In this document: positions 50,201 through 59,047 of the stretch, in pieces
Position numbering within the stretch: position 1 is the first letter of the stretch
Layout of the letters: the number at the start of each line of letters is the position of its first letter
Source of the DNA: Escherichia coli
GTDB taxonomy: Bacteria > Pseudomonadota > Gammaproteobacteria > Enterobacterales > Enterobacteriaceae
Reading direction: 5' to 3' (one strand)
Length of the DNA: 64,000 nucleotides
Assembly: GCF_030013595.1 (NCBI RefSeq)
Contig: NZ_CP122768.1
Notes under the pieces: generated by a model
What the model saw: the letters and a program-made list of their open reading frames with translations, nothing else
Told to the model about the DNA's origin: nothing
Databases searched by the model: none
Translations under genes and position numbers: made by a program

Positions 50201-50364
50201 ATGTCAGCAGCCAGCACCGGGAGTGACGTGACTGCGGCAAGAGACAGTGCAACCGCCACACCGCCACGTTTACCCCGTGCGCGGGCCAGTTCGGAGGCAA
50301 CCACGAAAGCGCCCGTAATGTGATTCCATACCAGCCTGTAGCAGGTATTCAGATGTCGTTTCAT
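47245..50364 (-). CDS. flu: Antigen 43 self-associating autotransporter adhesin
   Basis: 1039 aa from MKRHLNTCYRLVWNH; repetitive beta-helix passenger and C-terminal beta-barrel ending in F. Confidence 0.95.
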   Translation of the reverse strand: MKRHLNTCYRLVWNHITGAFVVASELARARGKRGGVAVALSLAAVTSLPVLAADIVVHPGETVNGGTLANHDNQIVFGTTNGMTISTGLEYGPDNEANTGGQWVQDGGTANKTTVTSGGLQRVNPGGSVSDTVISAGGGQSLQGRAVNTTLNGGEQWMHEGAIATGTVINDKGWQVVKPGTVATDTVVNTGAEGGPDAENGDTGQFVRGDAVRTTINKNGRQIVRAEGTANTTVVYAGGDQTVHGHALDTTLNGGYQYVHNGGTASDTVVNSDGWQIVKNGGVAGNTTVNQKGRLQVDAGGTATNVTLKQGGALVTSTAATVTGINRLGAFSVVEGKADNVVLENGGRLDVLTGHTATNTRVDDGGTLDVRNGGTATTVSMGNGGVLLADSGAAVSGTRSDGKAFSIGGGQADALMLEKGSSFTLNAGDTATDTTVNGGLFTARGGTLAGTTTLNNGAILTLSGKTVNNDTLTIREGDALLQGGSLTGNGSVEKSGSGTLTVSNTTLTQKAVNLNEGTLTLNDSTVTTDVIAQRGTALKLTGSTVLNGAIDPTNVTLASGATWNIPDNATVQSVVDDLSHAGQIHFTSTRTGKFVPATLKVKNLNGQNGTISLRVRPDMAQNNADRLVIDGGRATGKTILNLVNAGNSASGLATSGKGIQVVEAINGATTEEGAFVQGNRLQAGAFNYSLNRDSDESWYLRSENAYRAEVPLYASMLTQAMDYDRIVAGSRSHQTGVNGENNSVRLSIQGGHLGHDNNGGIARGATPESSGSYGFVRLEGDLMRTEVAGMSVTAGVYGAAGHSSVDVKDDDGSRAGTVRDDAGSLGGYLNLVHTSSGLWADIVAQGTRHSMKASSDNNDFRARGWGWLGSLETGLPFSITDNLMLEPQLQYTWQGLSLDDGKDNAGYVKFGHGSAQHVRAGFRLGSHNDMTFGEGTSSRAPLRDSAKHSVSELPVNWWVQPSVIRTFSSRGDMRVGTSTAGSGMTFSPSQNGTSLDLQAGLEARVRENITLGVQAGYAHSVSGSSAEGYNGQATLNVTF

Positions 50365-50544
50365 CAGCTTTTCCTTAGATTGAGGGTGAATAAAAAAGCC
50401 GGTACCCACAAACGTGGATACCGGCAGGTAAAGGGTTACAGTGCCGGAGGTCCGGCTGTGGGAGTTTCTGAATTGTGGTTCTGTTGTTCCCTGAATGTCT
50501 TTCTGTACGTATCTGTGCATGTTACTGACAAAGGTTATTATTAG

Positions 50545-50592
50545 CTTATCGATCGATATAAACGATCGATAAAATAGATATCGATCGTTTTA
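50545..50592 (-). promoter_or_regulatory. agn43 (flu) phase-variation switch: three GATC Dam sites within the OxyR-binding region
   Basis: GATC at 50551-50554, 50564-50567 and 50583-50586, about 190-220 bp upstream of the flu ATG. Confidence 0.8.
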
Positions 50593-50691
50593 TTCTATTA
50601 TTGAGCTATTGCACGGACAAGAGAGACAGTAACGAAAACAGTGCTTTTGTGAGCAGACTCAGAGTCAGGGAGGGCATCAGTCACGACAGGT

Positions 50692-51564
50692 TCAGAAGAA
50701 AATCCAGTTCCATACCGCACGGGCAACAGAGACCACCGTGTCACGAACAGCGCGCAGGGCCGTACGGACAACAGAGGCAACACAGACGCTCTCCGCTGTG
50801 TCAAATATCCGGTCCACCGCACCGGTAAACTGTTCACGGGCCTGAGAGCGGACAGATTCCGTGCGCAGCTCGTCCTGCAGTCGGGTCATCAGGGGACTGG
50901 CGGCATGGTCGGGAAGCGCTGTCATGAGCGCACTGACCAGCGTATCCAGTTCCCAGCCGGTGCGGGCCGATACGGCCACAACCGGATGTACGGGCCGGAA
51001 CAGACGGAATACCGCCTCCGTTTTTTCGCGAATATTCTGTGCCTGTGCAGGAGAAGGCTGAATACCGGCCATATCCCATTCATGGCAGGGCTCCGTTTTG
51101 TCGGCCTGCGTCACCACAAACAGTACCCGCTGATGTCCCCGGTGCAGGATGTGTCGCCAGAAATACTCATCCACAGACAGGGCACGGTCATCGGCTTTAA
51201 TCAGCCACAGTACCAGGTCAAGTTCAGGCAGAATGTCACGGTACAGGGCCTCATACTCTGCATCCCTGTCCCGGCTCTCGCCCACCCCGGGCAGGTCAGT
51301 GATAACCATGCTGTGACCGTGGCCACTCAGACGGAAGCGCCGTACTTCCCGGGTGCCGGCGTGAACATCACTGACCGGGGTGACCTCCCCCTGAAACAGT
51401 GCATTACAGAGTGAGGATTTACCGGCCCCGCTTTTACCCATAATGCCAATCACGGGTTCGTGACGGGTGAGTTTGCGCAGATGTTCCAGGATGTGACGGG
51501 AAAGCGAGTAAGGCAGGGAGGAGAGCGGTTTTTCAATTGCCTCAATGGCATCAGACGGATTCAT
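50692..51564 (-). CDS. yeeP: GTPase YeeP/YkfA family (apparently intact)
   Basis: P-loop GKSGAGKSS; start taken at MNPSDAIEAIEKPL. Confidence 0.75.
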   Translation of the reverse strand: MNPSDAIEAIEKPLSSLPYSLSRHILEHLRKLTRHEPVIGIMGKSGAGKSSLCNALFQGEVTPVSDVHAGTREVRRFRLSGHGHSMVITDLPGVGESRDRDAEYEALYRDILPELDLVLWLIKADDRALSVDEYFWRHILHRGHQRVLFVVTQADKTEPCHEWDMAGIQPSPAQAQNIREKTEAVFRLFRPVHPVVAVSARTGWELDTLVSALMTALPDHAASPLMTRLQDELRTESVRSQAREQFTGAVDRIFDTAESVCVASVVRTALRAVRDTVVSVARAVWNWIFF

Positions 51565-52792
51565 ACATGTATTCCCGGTGAAAAAAGACAAAACCCCGCG
51601 CACCGGAAAGGTGGCGGGGGATTCACGGAGATAATATCTGTCTGAAATTGTTTTTAATCGATGGGATTGTTGCGTATTAACATGAAGGAGATCAGGACTT
51701 ATCCGTTACTGGGTGATCTCCTTCCATGAAAATACGCCGTTATTGTTAAACAGCAGGCTGATTTCTCCGTAAAGGGGAAAATATTTATCGGCTGCATGAT
51801 TATCAGGTGTGTCTGTGTTTACTGCTGTGAGTATTTTTCAGTGTATTGTGGGGGAGATGTCAGTGGGAGATATTAAATTTACATTTATAATTATCTTACT
51901 TCTTCTGTGTGTTTTTTATAAGAGTGCACACGTAATGATATCTGTTGATACCATGTGGTTAAGTGTTTCCCTTCCTGGTCATGCGTAATGATTAAATGCT
52001 TTTGTGACACCATTCTTCCGGTCTGAATATTTATCCCGTTCTTTTTTATTTGTGCAGTGATACTGTCGGAAGAGAATTCAGTAATGTGAGGTGTCCTGGT
52101 CAGGATAATATCTGCTGAGATATTATTAGTTGAGTGTGTTTTTACTGAGCAAAAGCTGGCTTTTAATTCCTGTACTGAAACACTGTCGCTCGTCCGGGGT
52201 TAACTGAAACTGGATGATGATGTAAAATGAAGGCTGTTTTTGTGTTTGTCGAAGAAGTGTTATTTTAATCCATTCTCATCATTGGCTGGCGATTATACAG
52301 AAGTATTTGAAGAAAAAATGGTGCATTTTATCTGTGTCAGCAGGGAAGAAGTATTTTATTGATGTATCAGTATTAAATGGTTTTTGTTATTTATAAAAAT
52401 GTCATCCTGTCCATAGAATATTGTACTCAGCATTCAGTGCAGGAACTGTAGTCTTCTTTATTTTATTCTTCTTCAGGAGGGGGGATTCCTGAAGGCGTTA
52501 TTCCCGGTGTTCTGTTTATGATTCATCCCGGCAGGAAACCGGTATCTGCAATACCCGGGATGATGCTTTTTGTTCGTACGTGGTTGTGTAAAATTTGAAT
52601 AGTGGATGTGCTCTGAAGGGAAGGAGGGGACACACAGATTCATTTTGTCTTTCTTCAGCAGCAAAACACACTGTGGTTATTATTTAACCATTAAATCAAC
52701 AAAAATTTTTACCTCATATTGATTTGACTGCTATTTTTGCTATTAATAGCCAGAATTGCAGTGCTTTTATATCTGTGTGTAGTGAGGTTACT

Positions 52793-54277
52793 ATGTCATT
52801 CGGTCAGCCTTGTGATGAGTTTCCCCTGAGTTCGCTGCCTCCACTCATTCGTGATGCCGTTATTGAAGCTCAGCAAATTACGCAGGCTCCCCTTGGGCTT
52901 GTGGCAGCGTCTGCCCTGGGCGCTGTTTCACTTGTCTGCCAGAATCTGATTGATGTCTGCAGACTGAATACACTGCGGGGGCCGGTCTCTCTTTTTTTCC
53001 TGACGCTTGCCGAGTCCGGAGAACGAAAAACCGCAGTGGACAAATTATTAATGAAGCCCCTGTACCAGCAGGAGATGCAGTTATATTCCAGATACAAAAG
53101 TGAACTGGCTGTCTGGAAAAACAAGGAAGAGCTTTTAAAGGCTCAGAAAAAAGCATTGTTGTCAAAACTGAATAAAGAACTCCGCAAAGGCGCGGATGAG
53201 TCAGAAACCCTCAGACAACTGGAAGTACTTCAGAAAAACAGTGCGGAAGAACCTGTGAGGTATAAATTCATTTTTAATGATGCCACGACTGCGGCAATTA
53301 AGAATCAGCTTTGTGGTAAATGGCGTTCAGTGGGTATTATGTCAGATGAAGCCGGTATTATATTTGATGGATATACCCTGTCTGAGTTGCCTTTTATTAA
53401 CAAAATGTGGGATGGCTCTGTATTGTCTGTGGACAGAAAGAATGAACCCGAACAGATGATTGAAAATGCCAGAATGACGTTATCCCTCATGGTGCAACCC
53501 GGTCTTTTTGACCGATATATGGAGCGAAAAGGTTCTGTTGCCAGGGACAGTGGTTTTCTTGCCCGTTGTCTTATCAGTAAACCTGCAACCACGCAGGGGA
53601 AACGCTTTATTAACGGAGCTGTGATTCCGGGAGGATCATTAACGGCATTTCATGAACGATTAATGGAACTGGCCAGAGGCAGTATTGAAAAATCCAGTGA
53701 GGATGAACGGTATTGTCTGCATTTTTCGCCTGAAGCGCAAAAAATATTTATTGAGCACTATAATGTTCTGGAGCAGGATTTATCCCCTTCCGGACCCTTA
53801 AGCCCGTTTCGGGGACATGTTTCAAAAAAAACAGAAAACATTGCAAGAATTGCAGCGTTATTTCAGTATTTCAGCTATGGTGAAGGGAAAATCTCTGCCG
53901 ATATCATGACGTCTGCTGTCGTAATAAGTTCGTGGTACACAGATGAATATAAAAAATTATTTGCGTTACCTGATGAATCTGAACTGCAGCAGAAGGACGC
54001 CGAGGAGCTGTTCGACTGGCTCATTGAGGAGTGCCGCGGAGAATGCCCACCCCGTGTCAGGAAAAATTATATTCTCCAGTGTGGCCCGGGTCGGTTCAGA
54101 AACAGGAAAAAACTGAACGCATTGCTGAACATTCTTGAATCTCAGTTCAGGCTTTCTGTCGTGCCGGAAGGAAAAACCATGTATGTTCTGCTTCCCCAGA
54201 TAGCCAGTTTAAAGTTGTCTGATGTCTCTGGTATTTTTACCTCGGGTTATCACTACAATAAGCTGAGAGCGAAGTAA
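52793..54277 (+). CDS. DUF3987-domain protein (YfjI-like)
   Basis: ORF start at MSFGQPCDEF with GAGG RBS; family assignment from sequence resemblance only. Confidence 0.6.
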   Translation: MSFGQPCDEFPLSSLPPLIRDAVIEAQQITQAPLGLVAASALGAVSLVCQNLIDVCRLNTLRGPVSLFFLTLAESGERKTAVDKLLMKPLYQQEMQLYSRYKSELAVWKNKEELLKAQKKALLSKLNKELRKGADESETLRQLEVLQKNSAEEPVRYKFIFNDATTAAIKNQLCGKWRSVGIMSDEAGIIFDGYTLSELPFINKMWDGSVLSVDRKNEPEQMIENARMTLSLMVQPGLFDRYMERKGSVARDSGFLARCLISKPATTQGKRFINGAVIPGGSLTAFHERLMELARGSIEKSSEDERYCLHFSPEAQKIFIEHYNVLEQDLSPSGPLSPFRGHVSKKTENIARIAALFQYFSYGEGKISADIMTSAVVISSWYTDEYKKLFALPDESELQQKDAEELFDWLIEECRGECPPRVRKNYILQCGPGRFRNRKKLNALLNILESQFRLSVVPEGKTMYVLLPQIASLKLSDVSGIFTSGYHYNKLRAK

Positions 54278-54598
54278 CCGGTGAGCAGTTTTTCTCCATT
54301 ATGCTTCAGACTTAGATGATTGATTATTATGGGGATTTCATCACCGATATTCAGATGTATGAATATCGGTGATGAACTAAAGCTCAGGAGCTGCGTGGTG
54401 GTGATGAATCAACAGGCATATAACTGATACCCGCCGGTCAGAAGTTCCAGCCTGCGACTTTCCTGTCTGCGTGCCCGCAGTCCGGCGTTCAGGTGCAGCG
54501 TGTGACAGAACGCACGGAGAGCGAAACGGCAGGCAGACAGGCCGTTCAGTCAGCCCTGGCACCCTGCCCGGATACCAGCTTCCCTGAAACAACTGGCA

Positions 54599-55207
54599 TC
54601 AGGTGCGCTTATCGTCAACCGTTGTGCGGTATGCCAGGAGCACGTACTGATCCATCAGATCCGTCAGTGCTGCGCTCTGCTTCTGACGGTTGATGATCCA
54701 TTCCTCCAGCTCTTTTTCTGATTTCCGTTTCAGATTCTCCGTCCAGTCGTCAAGGCAGTTTCCGGTCATTAAATCAAGCCAGCAAAGCCAGACCAGTTTG
54801 AGGCGCAACTCCGTGCCACCAAACTGACGGAAGAGGCTGATCAGTTTATTTGCCAGCGAACGCTGCCTCAGACGTTCACATTCAGACAGGAGAATGCCTT
54901 CCAGCATCGGATGATGAACCAGCAGATGTTCACTGGTGCATAAATTCACTATCAGATCATCATCCAGGGGCGGCGTGGTCCGTTTGTCCGGACCATAAAT
55001 CAGCCGGTGCAGACTCTGGGGTACGATGGCAATCTCCGGTTTTTCACCATTGAATGACACCCACCCGGGCGTCAGATTATGGAAGTAGTAGATATTCGGA
55101 TGACACACGCCCCAGGATACGGCGTGCCGGGTGAAGCCGGTCAGCCATTTCTGGTAGCTTTCGTGGAGCAGCTCGTAACGGGTCTGATACTGTGGTTTCA
55201 TTTTCAT
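54599..55207 (-). CDS. Hypothetical island protein (about 202 aa)
   Basis: ORF with GAGGAA RBS before ATG-AAA-ATG; co-directional with and downstream of alpA. Confidence 0.5.
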   Translation of the reverse strand: MKMKPQYQTRYELLHESYQKWLTGFTRHAVSWGVCHPNIYYFHNLTPGWVSFNGEKPEIAIVPQSLHRLIYGPDKRTTPPLDDDLIVNLCTSEHLLVHHPMLEGILLSECERLRQRSLANKLISLFRQFGGTELRLKLVWLCWLDLMTGNCLDDWTENLKRKSEKELEEWIINRQKQSAALTDLMDQYVLLAYRTTVDDKRT

Positions 55208-55287
55208 ATTCCTCACGGGGGATAACAGGCAGCAGAACGCCGCCGGCAGGCCGGAGACTGCGTCTGTTGCAGATGAACGGTTAAGAA

Positions 55288-55494
55288 TTACGGACGGGAC
55301 TGTGCAATACGCGCCTGCAGCCAGGCTTCCACTTCGCTTTTCAGCCATCGGGAGCTGCGGCCCATTTTGATGGGCGCAGGAAAGTCACCATCCTTGATGA
55401 GTTTGTAAAACCACTTATCGGTCAGGCCGGTCAGTTGAGTGATAAATGCCATGTCGACCATCTGGTCATCCATCAGTGAAACTGGGGTGAGCAT
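55288..55494 (-). CDS. alpA: AlpA-family transcriptional regulator (prophage CP4-57-type regulator)
   Basis: HTH pattern FITQLTGLTDKWFYKLIKDGDFPAPIKMGRSSRWLKSEVEAWL. Confidence 0.75.
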   Translation of the reverse strand: MLTPVSLMDDQMVDMAFITQLTGLTDKWFYKLIKDGDFPAPIKMGRSSRWLKSEVEAWLQARIAQSRP

Positions 55495-56823
55495 GAGAAT
55501 GTTCCTCCGGATGTTGTTAAACCAGCCGGTGTGGTCATGAAAACAACGCACCACCTTCACCGGCATAACAACCGGGGAGAAACGTAAAAAATAATCGGGA
55601 ATGTGACCGCCAGGAGATAAACGGGGAGGTTACGGTGGCTGAGCCGTACCGGTATGCCGGGTGGTTGTTACGAAACGATGCTTCCGCACGCGCGCGCGAT
55701 AAAGAAGGGATGATTTTCGTGAGGAAGAGGGGAAAACTGGCGTTCTGATAATTGCAGAGTTATTTACGGGGCGGTTACGATGGGGCAGACCGTGTCCGGT
55801 GGGCAGGCGACAGGTATCACCGATGGGATAAGACTGTCTGATTGGTATTATAAATATATAAGAGAGATCAAACACATGAGATCAAATACATGAGTTCATA
55901 TATGTGAAATAAACACGGTGAGTGTGATCAGTGGGCATGATGAGAACGCAGTAGCAACAGACTGCGCTATCCCTGATAGCTGGCGTATAACCCGCGTATA
56001 TAAAACGTATCTGCAATGTACGTGAACAGAGTGCATTAAGCATCCGTCTGAGCGGTAAACATATCCGACCTGGTGAGTGACAGTCTGAGAGACCGGTTAA
56101 GTGGTGGCTCGGGAGTAATGAGTTTGGGGTGGGTACCAGAATGCCAGTCTGGCGGTATGCTGACAGTATCACGTTAATTGCAGCATAAAGTGATGAGAGG
56201 CTAATGGAAGTTAAAACCAAAGCAGTTCCGTCGTTGTTCATCCCGGGAGACGCTGGAAAAAGTGATTTCCCACACGCGTTATAAACTTACCTCTGCGGAA
56301 CTGGAAGCCTTCAACTCTGTGGTTGATCACTGGCTGGCAGAACTGACAATGAACAAGCTTTACGATCGTGTTCCCGCTTCAGTCTGGAAATATGTCATCT
56401 GAGCGTTCGGTAATCACAACTGCATCGCACCAGGTGTTATCCGCTTTGTGATTCTTATTGGCTCTTCTCAGGTTATTAAAAGCTGAATATGTTCCTGTTG
56501 TCGGGAACCAGGATAATACCGGGAACGTTAAGCGGTATAGCGACAACAAAGAATTCGAAATCAAAAGGGAATGGTGCCGGAGGCGTGGGCGGTAATGGGC
56601 TGATTTTCAGGTATTACCGGCTTACAGCGTGTGGTTGATATTGAGGGGCTGTGAGTTTCGCGTATTTGTCAGAAACCCAGACGAGTTTTCCTGTATGGGA
56701 CGAAATAAGGCAGCGGCAATACCTGGAAAAATTTAATATGGTATGAAGGAGAACCTGTCGGTTACGCTTAATATACCCGGTACACTGTCAGCTCAGGGGA
56801 TACATGAACCGTTATCTCACCAG

Positions 56824-57018
56824 CTACACAGTATATACACACTGACTGACGCTGACAGTAGTCAGCAGGACCACAATAATCAGTGCCAGCAGTATGGTAA
56901 CGATACGGTCTGTATTCCGGTAATAGCCGAAGGGGTCGACAGAACCACAATACGGGCAACATGTATTATGAGTAATCGCGTTTCCACAGTCCCTGCACTT
57001 CTTTTTGCGTATCACCAT
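56824..57018 (-). CDS. Small zinc-ribbon membrane protein (CxxC-x11-CxxC followed by one TM helix)
   Basis: 64-aa ORF preceded by strong RBS tgaggagggagtt-ATG; MVIRKKKCRDCGNAITHNTCCPYCGS... Confidence 0.55.
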   Translation of the reverse strand: MVIRKKKCRDCGNAITHNTCCPYCGSVDPFGYYRNTDRIVTILLALIIVVLLTTVSVSQCVYTV

Positions 57019-57216
57019 AACTCCCTCCTCACAGCCTTACCCGTAACCGGTTTTTTACATTAAAAAAACAACGCTGAAAATTCAACCGTCAGTCCGGAGA
57101 CGATAGTTGGGGTATCACAGAGTGCCTGAGACAGTGTCCTGCCGGAGGTCACTTCAGGGACTCTGCGCATTTTTTACGACGTGGCTATTCCGTATGAACC
57201 ATACGGAGATTTAACC

Positions 57217-57786
57217 ATGACCTACAAATACAACCCCTTCTGGCAGCAACGTATTCGTGAGACGGTGCGGCACGCACTGAATGTTCATCCCCGCCTGACG
57301 GCATTGCGGGTTGACCTGCGTTTCCCGGATGTACCGGCAGCAACGGACGCAGCTGTGATATCCCGCTTCATCAATGCCCTGAAAGCCCGAATCGACGCTT
57401 ACCAGAAACGTAAGCATCGGGAAGGTAAACGCGTGCATCCCACCACCCTGCATTACGTCTGGGCCCGGGAGTTTGGGGAGTGCAAAGGTAAAAAACACTA
57501 TCACCTGATGCTGCTGGTTAACCGGGATACCTGGTGTCGTGCCGGTGATTACCGTGCTCCGGGATCACTGGCCGGGATGATTAAACAGGCGTGGTGCAGT
57601 GCCCTGGGAGTGGATGTCGGGTGCCATGCCACGCTGGTGCATTTTCCGGCCTGGCCGGCGGTGTGGCTGGAACGCGATGATGACACTGGCTTTCAGCAGG
57701 TGCTGGAACGTGCTGACTATCTGGCGAAGGAACATACCAAAGCTCACTGCACCGGTGAGCGCAATTTTGGCTGTAGCCGGAGTTGA
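57217..57786 (+). CDS. YagK/YfjJ-like (inovirus Gp2-type) protein
   Basis: ORF from MTYKYNPFWQQRIRETVRHAL. Confidence 0.5.
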   Translation: MTYKYNPFWQQRIRETVRHALNVHPRLTALRVDLRFPDVPAATDAAVISRFINALKARIDAYQKRKHREGKRVHPTTLHYVWAREFGECKGKKHYHLMLLVNRDTWCRAGDYRAPGSLAGMIKQAWCSALGVDVGCHATLVHFPAWPAVWLERDDDTGFQQVLERADYLAKEHTKAHCTGERNFGCSRS

Positions 57787-58039
57787 GCACGACTGGCGCG
57801 CCAATATCCGGCAAACCAAAAGTATGGGTTGTTGTCTGGCGGCAACGATGTATCCACTCGCCCACTGACTGTTTTTTACGTCAGTGTTCCATTGTGTGAC
57901 AACCACAGTGCTGTAACAGCAACCAGCCTGCTTTACCCAAACTCCAGTCCAGATTTTAACTGAACCGCCATTCACACCCTGACCACGCTGCCCGTACCGG
58001 GACGGCTGTTGCCTGCGTGTCGTCTGGCGGCTAAGGAAT

Positions 58040-58447
58040 ATGACTATGTACGCAAAATCCTTTATCGCTCTTGATGGCAACGGACGTCTGACGGGCGCCC
58101 GTACTGCACAGGCCGCACCTTATGCTAACTACACCTGCCACTTGTGTGGCAGTGCACTCAGATACCATCCGCAATACGACACTGAACTTCCCTGGTTTGA
58201 ACACACTGACGACAGGCTGACAGAGCACGGTCAACAGTGCCCTTATGTCAGGCCGGAGCGCAGAGAAATACAGTTGATTAAACGTCTGCAGCAATTCGTA
58301 CCGGATGCCTTACCCGTGGTGCGTAAAGCCAGCTGGCACTGCAGACAATGTCACCACGATTATTATGGGGAGCGGTACTGCACACACTGCCAGACCGGAG
58401 GATTCAGTATTCCCCGGACAACTCAGGAGGAAATATGCGAATTCTGA
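58040..58447 (+). CDS. Zinc-ribbon protein with PWFEH motif (paralog 1)
   Basis: 135-aa ORF; CHLCG...PWFEH...CRQCHHDYYGERYCTHCQTG. Confidence 0.55.
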   Translation: MTMYAKSFIALDGNGRLTGARTAQAAPYANYTCHLCGSALRYHPQYDTELPWFEHTDDRLTEHGQQCPYVRPERREIQLIKRLQQFVPDALPVVRKASWHCRQCHHDYYGERYCTHCQTGGFSIPRTTQEEICEF

Positions 58448-58842
58448 ACTGTTATATGGCGAATGACAGCAAAGGCCATTTTGTTACGGCGAAAGAAGCA
58501 GCGAAGCACAACCGCCAGGACGTTTTGTGCTGTGTGTCCTGTGGATGCCCGTTAACACTTCAGCGGGGCAATGACGGACAACCACCGTGGTTTGAACATG
58601 ACCAGATGACTGTCGCTGAGAAAATCCTGCTGCGATGCACCTGGCTTGACCCGGCAGAGAAAGAGGCCCGTCGTTTGCATCTGCAGGGTATGACGGTTCC
58701 GGATTATACGGTGAAGGTGAGAAAGTGGTTTTGTGTGATGTGTGACGAAAATTATGAGGGGGAAAAGTGCTGCCCGAGTTGTGGTACCGGGGTATACAGC
58801 AGGGAGGGGGGGCAGGAGGGCAACTGGAAGGATAGGAACTGA
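58435..58842 (+). CDS. Zinc-ribbon protein with PWFEH motif (paralog 2)
   Basis: 135-aa ORF with AGGAGG RBS; CVSCG...PWFEH...CVMCDENYEGEKCCPSCGTG; overlaps paralog 1 by 13 nt. Confidence 0.55.
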   Translation: MRILNCYMANDSKGHFVTAKEAAKHNRQDVLCCVSCGCPLTLQRGNDGQPPWFEHDQMTVAEKILLRCTWLDPAEKEARRLHLQGMTVPDYTVKVRKWFCVMCDENYEGEKCCPSCGTGVYSREGGQEGNWKDRN

Positions 58843-59047
58843 GCGGTTCAGTCGCGGAAATCAGTTGCAGAGCTGTAATGATATCTCCGGGAGTGCTGCG
58901 TTGGTAGGGGCATCCCGGGATAGAGAAATTTTAGCACTTTGCCCTGAATGATTGTAGACGTCCCGAGTACTCGTACCGGTCTGAGTTATTACAGTTAGAT
59001 ATTCACTTTTTCTCCCGCATACTTCACATCTGTCAACGACGGATGAA

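Noticed and set aside
50365-50520. 5' extension of the flu ORF (MHRYVQKD...)
   Set aside because: Ag43 begins at MKRHLNTCYRL (ATG at 50362-50364); the extension runs into the regulatory GATC region.
55630-56241. Minus-strand ORFs of 81 and 119 aa in the region upstream of alpA
   Set aside because: No RBS, biased low-complexity composition; more likely decayed or non-coding sequence.
56743-57063. 106-aa plus-strand ORF
   Set aside because: No RBS, and it overlaps the better-supported minus-strand zinc-ribbon ORF; treated as spurious.
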